Assembly: GCA_964623635.1 (NCBI GenBank)
Contig: CAZUUA010000001.1
Span: 35,452 to 99,451, forward strand
DNA from: an uncultured Ruminococcus sp.
GTDB taxonomy: Bacteria > Bacillota > Clostridia > Oscillospirales > CAG-272
Direction: 5' to 3'
DNA: 64,000 bases
A program made the position numbers and the translations under genes. The notes beneath the pieces were generated by a model. It saw only the letters and a program-made list of their open reading frames with translations, made no database searches and was not told the origin of the DNA. Positions 63,801 through 64,000 of the stretch are shown in pieces (position 1 is the stretch's first letter; the number at the start of each line of letters is the position of its first letter).

Positions 63801-64000
63801 ATATCCTTTTTCATGGTATCCCGGACAGCCTTAAACGCATCGGAGGCATCGGTGGTGTCCTTGCCGGCAAGCCGACCCAAAGCGACTGCCTTGAAGTCAC
63901 GGAGCCACTGCCGTACCTTGCCGTAGTCGCCGGTGGCAAGCACAGTTTCCAAGCCGTCCAGCCAGTCCAGATCCCCTTGCAGCGCCGCACCGTACTTGCT
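60881..64000 (-). CDS. addA: ATP-dependent helicase/nuclease subunit A (AddA), C-terminal ~1040 aa; N-terminus lies beyond the right window edge
   Basis: UvrD-type helicase motifs are present (FVDEYQDTN, SIHRSKGLEFPVV, YVALTRA). The C-terminal PD-(D/E)xK nuclease motif is GVVDCVF...LVDYKTD. The frame stays open to position 64000. Confidence 0.85.
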   Translation of the reverse strand, partial: SKYGAALQGDLDWLDGLETVLATGDYGKVRQWLRDFKAVALGRLAGKDTTDASDAFKAVRDTMKKDIPRLYDSFFSDPPELVTEAIARTAELLSTTAKVLSAYADAFRARKMSRSLLDYADLESLALRLFLDENGQPTETAKEVGRQFSYIFVDEYQDTNRVQDAIFRALAGESPRFLVGDSKQSIYRFRGAEPSVFARYRMCWPTQMPQTADTANDTETKRSNMEAFDPDTGHCLFMSENFRCDKPVVDFVNLVSELLFPCSAMPYTPEDALVFGKGSGGSVPAEIVLVEKPSADDEEDKEATDDDPEAEYVAERIAQLLRTETVDDRPLTPADFAILLRSPDTNGAAYAHALAKRGIPVQLPGGTLLFASPVVQLTMCLLHVADNPLYDIPVAGAMHSPLFGFTTHELVLLRDKGRKLLSARYSWDGDMPLFTLVELAAGVDVSIPTDEAAMEDAEQDSTTADVPVEKWKTPVENNEFALDNGPSDEDNSPDPVENPVMSDLLPPELVEKCRVFHKAVRELREMAHGMRADRFLDTLCREYALFELPEVQNDPVEKANLEALYDLARRYESGAFGGVGGFLTYTEELQAKAQGQNGEDSSIPAVHILSIHRSKGLEFPVVFVSSCSKRRNSRDEMGDILYDVDLGFGMRLPDKGGYARCGTALRSAIGEKKRLESVEEEMRVVYVALTRARNRLIVTGKVKDAEKFLADCRLMADYPSPYSVTGNRTYLEWIATAALLHGPDPCCRFVTVSATTADTAVQEPENVSESAEAPAADWESLLAENLSFRYAYTHLAGIPTKLSVSQLHPGILDSDTLPVAEEDEVARSHDDDAEEAPMETMPLPHFLLQGDAPLTSAQRGTATHQFLQFMDLHRLAKDGVQAELTRLVEQHFLDEKTAGGVYVTHIQRFRESDLFRRMCASSMCHREFRFNAPLPASRFTNDPVLREKLAAEDVQLIVQGVVDCVFREPDGTLTLVDYKTDRPTAEARRDPAVAKTQFLTRHGDQLSLYREICSRLFGETIHKALLYSTVLGEEICMDE

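Overview
This 64-kb chromosomal window comes from a high-GC, spore-forming Firmicute. Hand-counted stretches give about 55-62% GC. Gene content looks like Clostridia or Oscillospirales: spoIIP, gpr, a SigH-like sigma factor, an SLH-bearing wall hydrolase, a DUF421/DUF4363 pair and an IspH-S1 fusion. I support about 52 protein-coding genes, most of them housekeeping or transport. They include:
- a GlpA-like flavoprotein / oxidoreductase / DUF1667 cluster
- a MoxR-DUF58-transglutaminase operon
- four solute-binding lipoproteins with no linked permease
- mrnC, hom, coaW, and PiT with its DUF47 partner
- rlmB and a TIGR03960 radical SAM enzyme
- an amino-acid ABC operon
- tadA, and cmk-plsC-ispH/rpsA
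- two GH2-like genes and a partial addA

I found no rRNA, tRNA, CRISPR array, transposase or integrase.

The accessory or unexplained content is concentrated at 32.7-36.2 kb:
- A low-GC islet holds an XRE repressor and a divergent 2-TM protein, with CACC-N4-GGTG operators between them.
- Two near-identical 172-bp MITE-like hairpin elements lie in inverted orientation, each with its own 4-bp flanking duplication. They bracket the DUF421-DUF4363 cassette.
- A well-formed T-box riboswitch sits in front of an unusual XRE-HTH/cupin/acyl-CoA-synthetase fusion gene.

Other items worth a second look:
- a catalytically degenerate P1B-type ATPase homologue with a ~390-aa acidic tail
- an apparently antitoxin-less mazF, alongside a canonical relBE pair
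- two tandem arrays of palindrome-containing 20/21-bp units just upstream of the sigH-like gene and cmk
- a dispersed AAGTCAG-type heptad repeat at five gene ends

All calls rest on reading the sequence and on by-eye motif and homology recognition. No database search was run.
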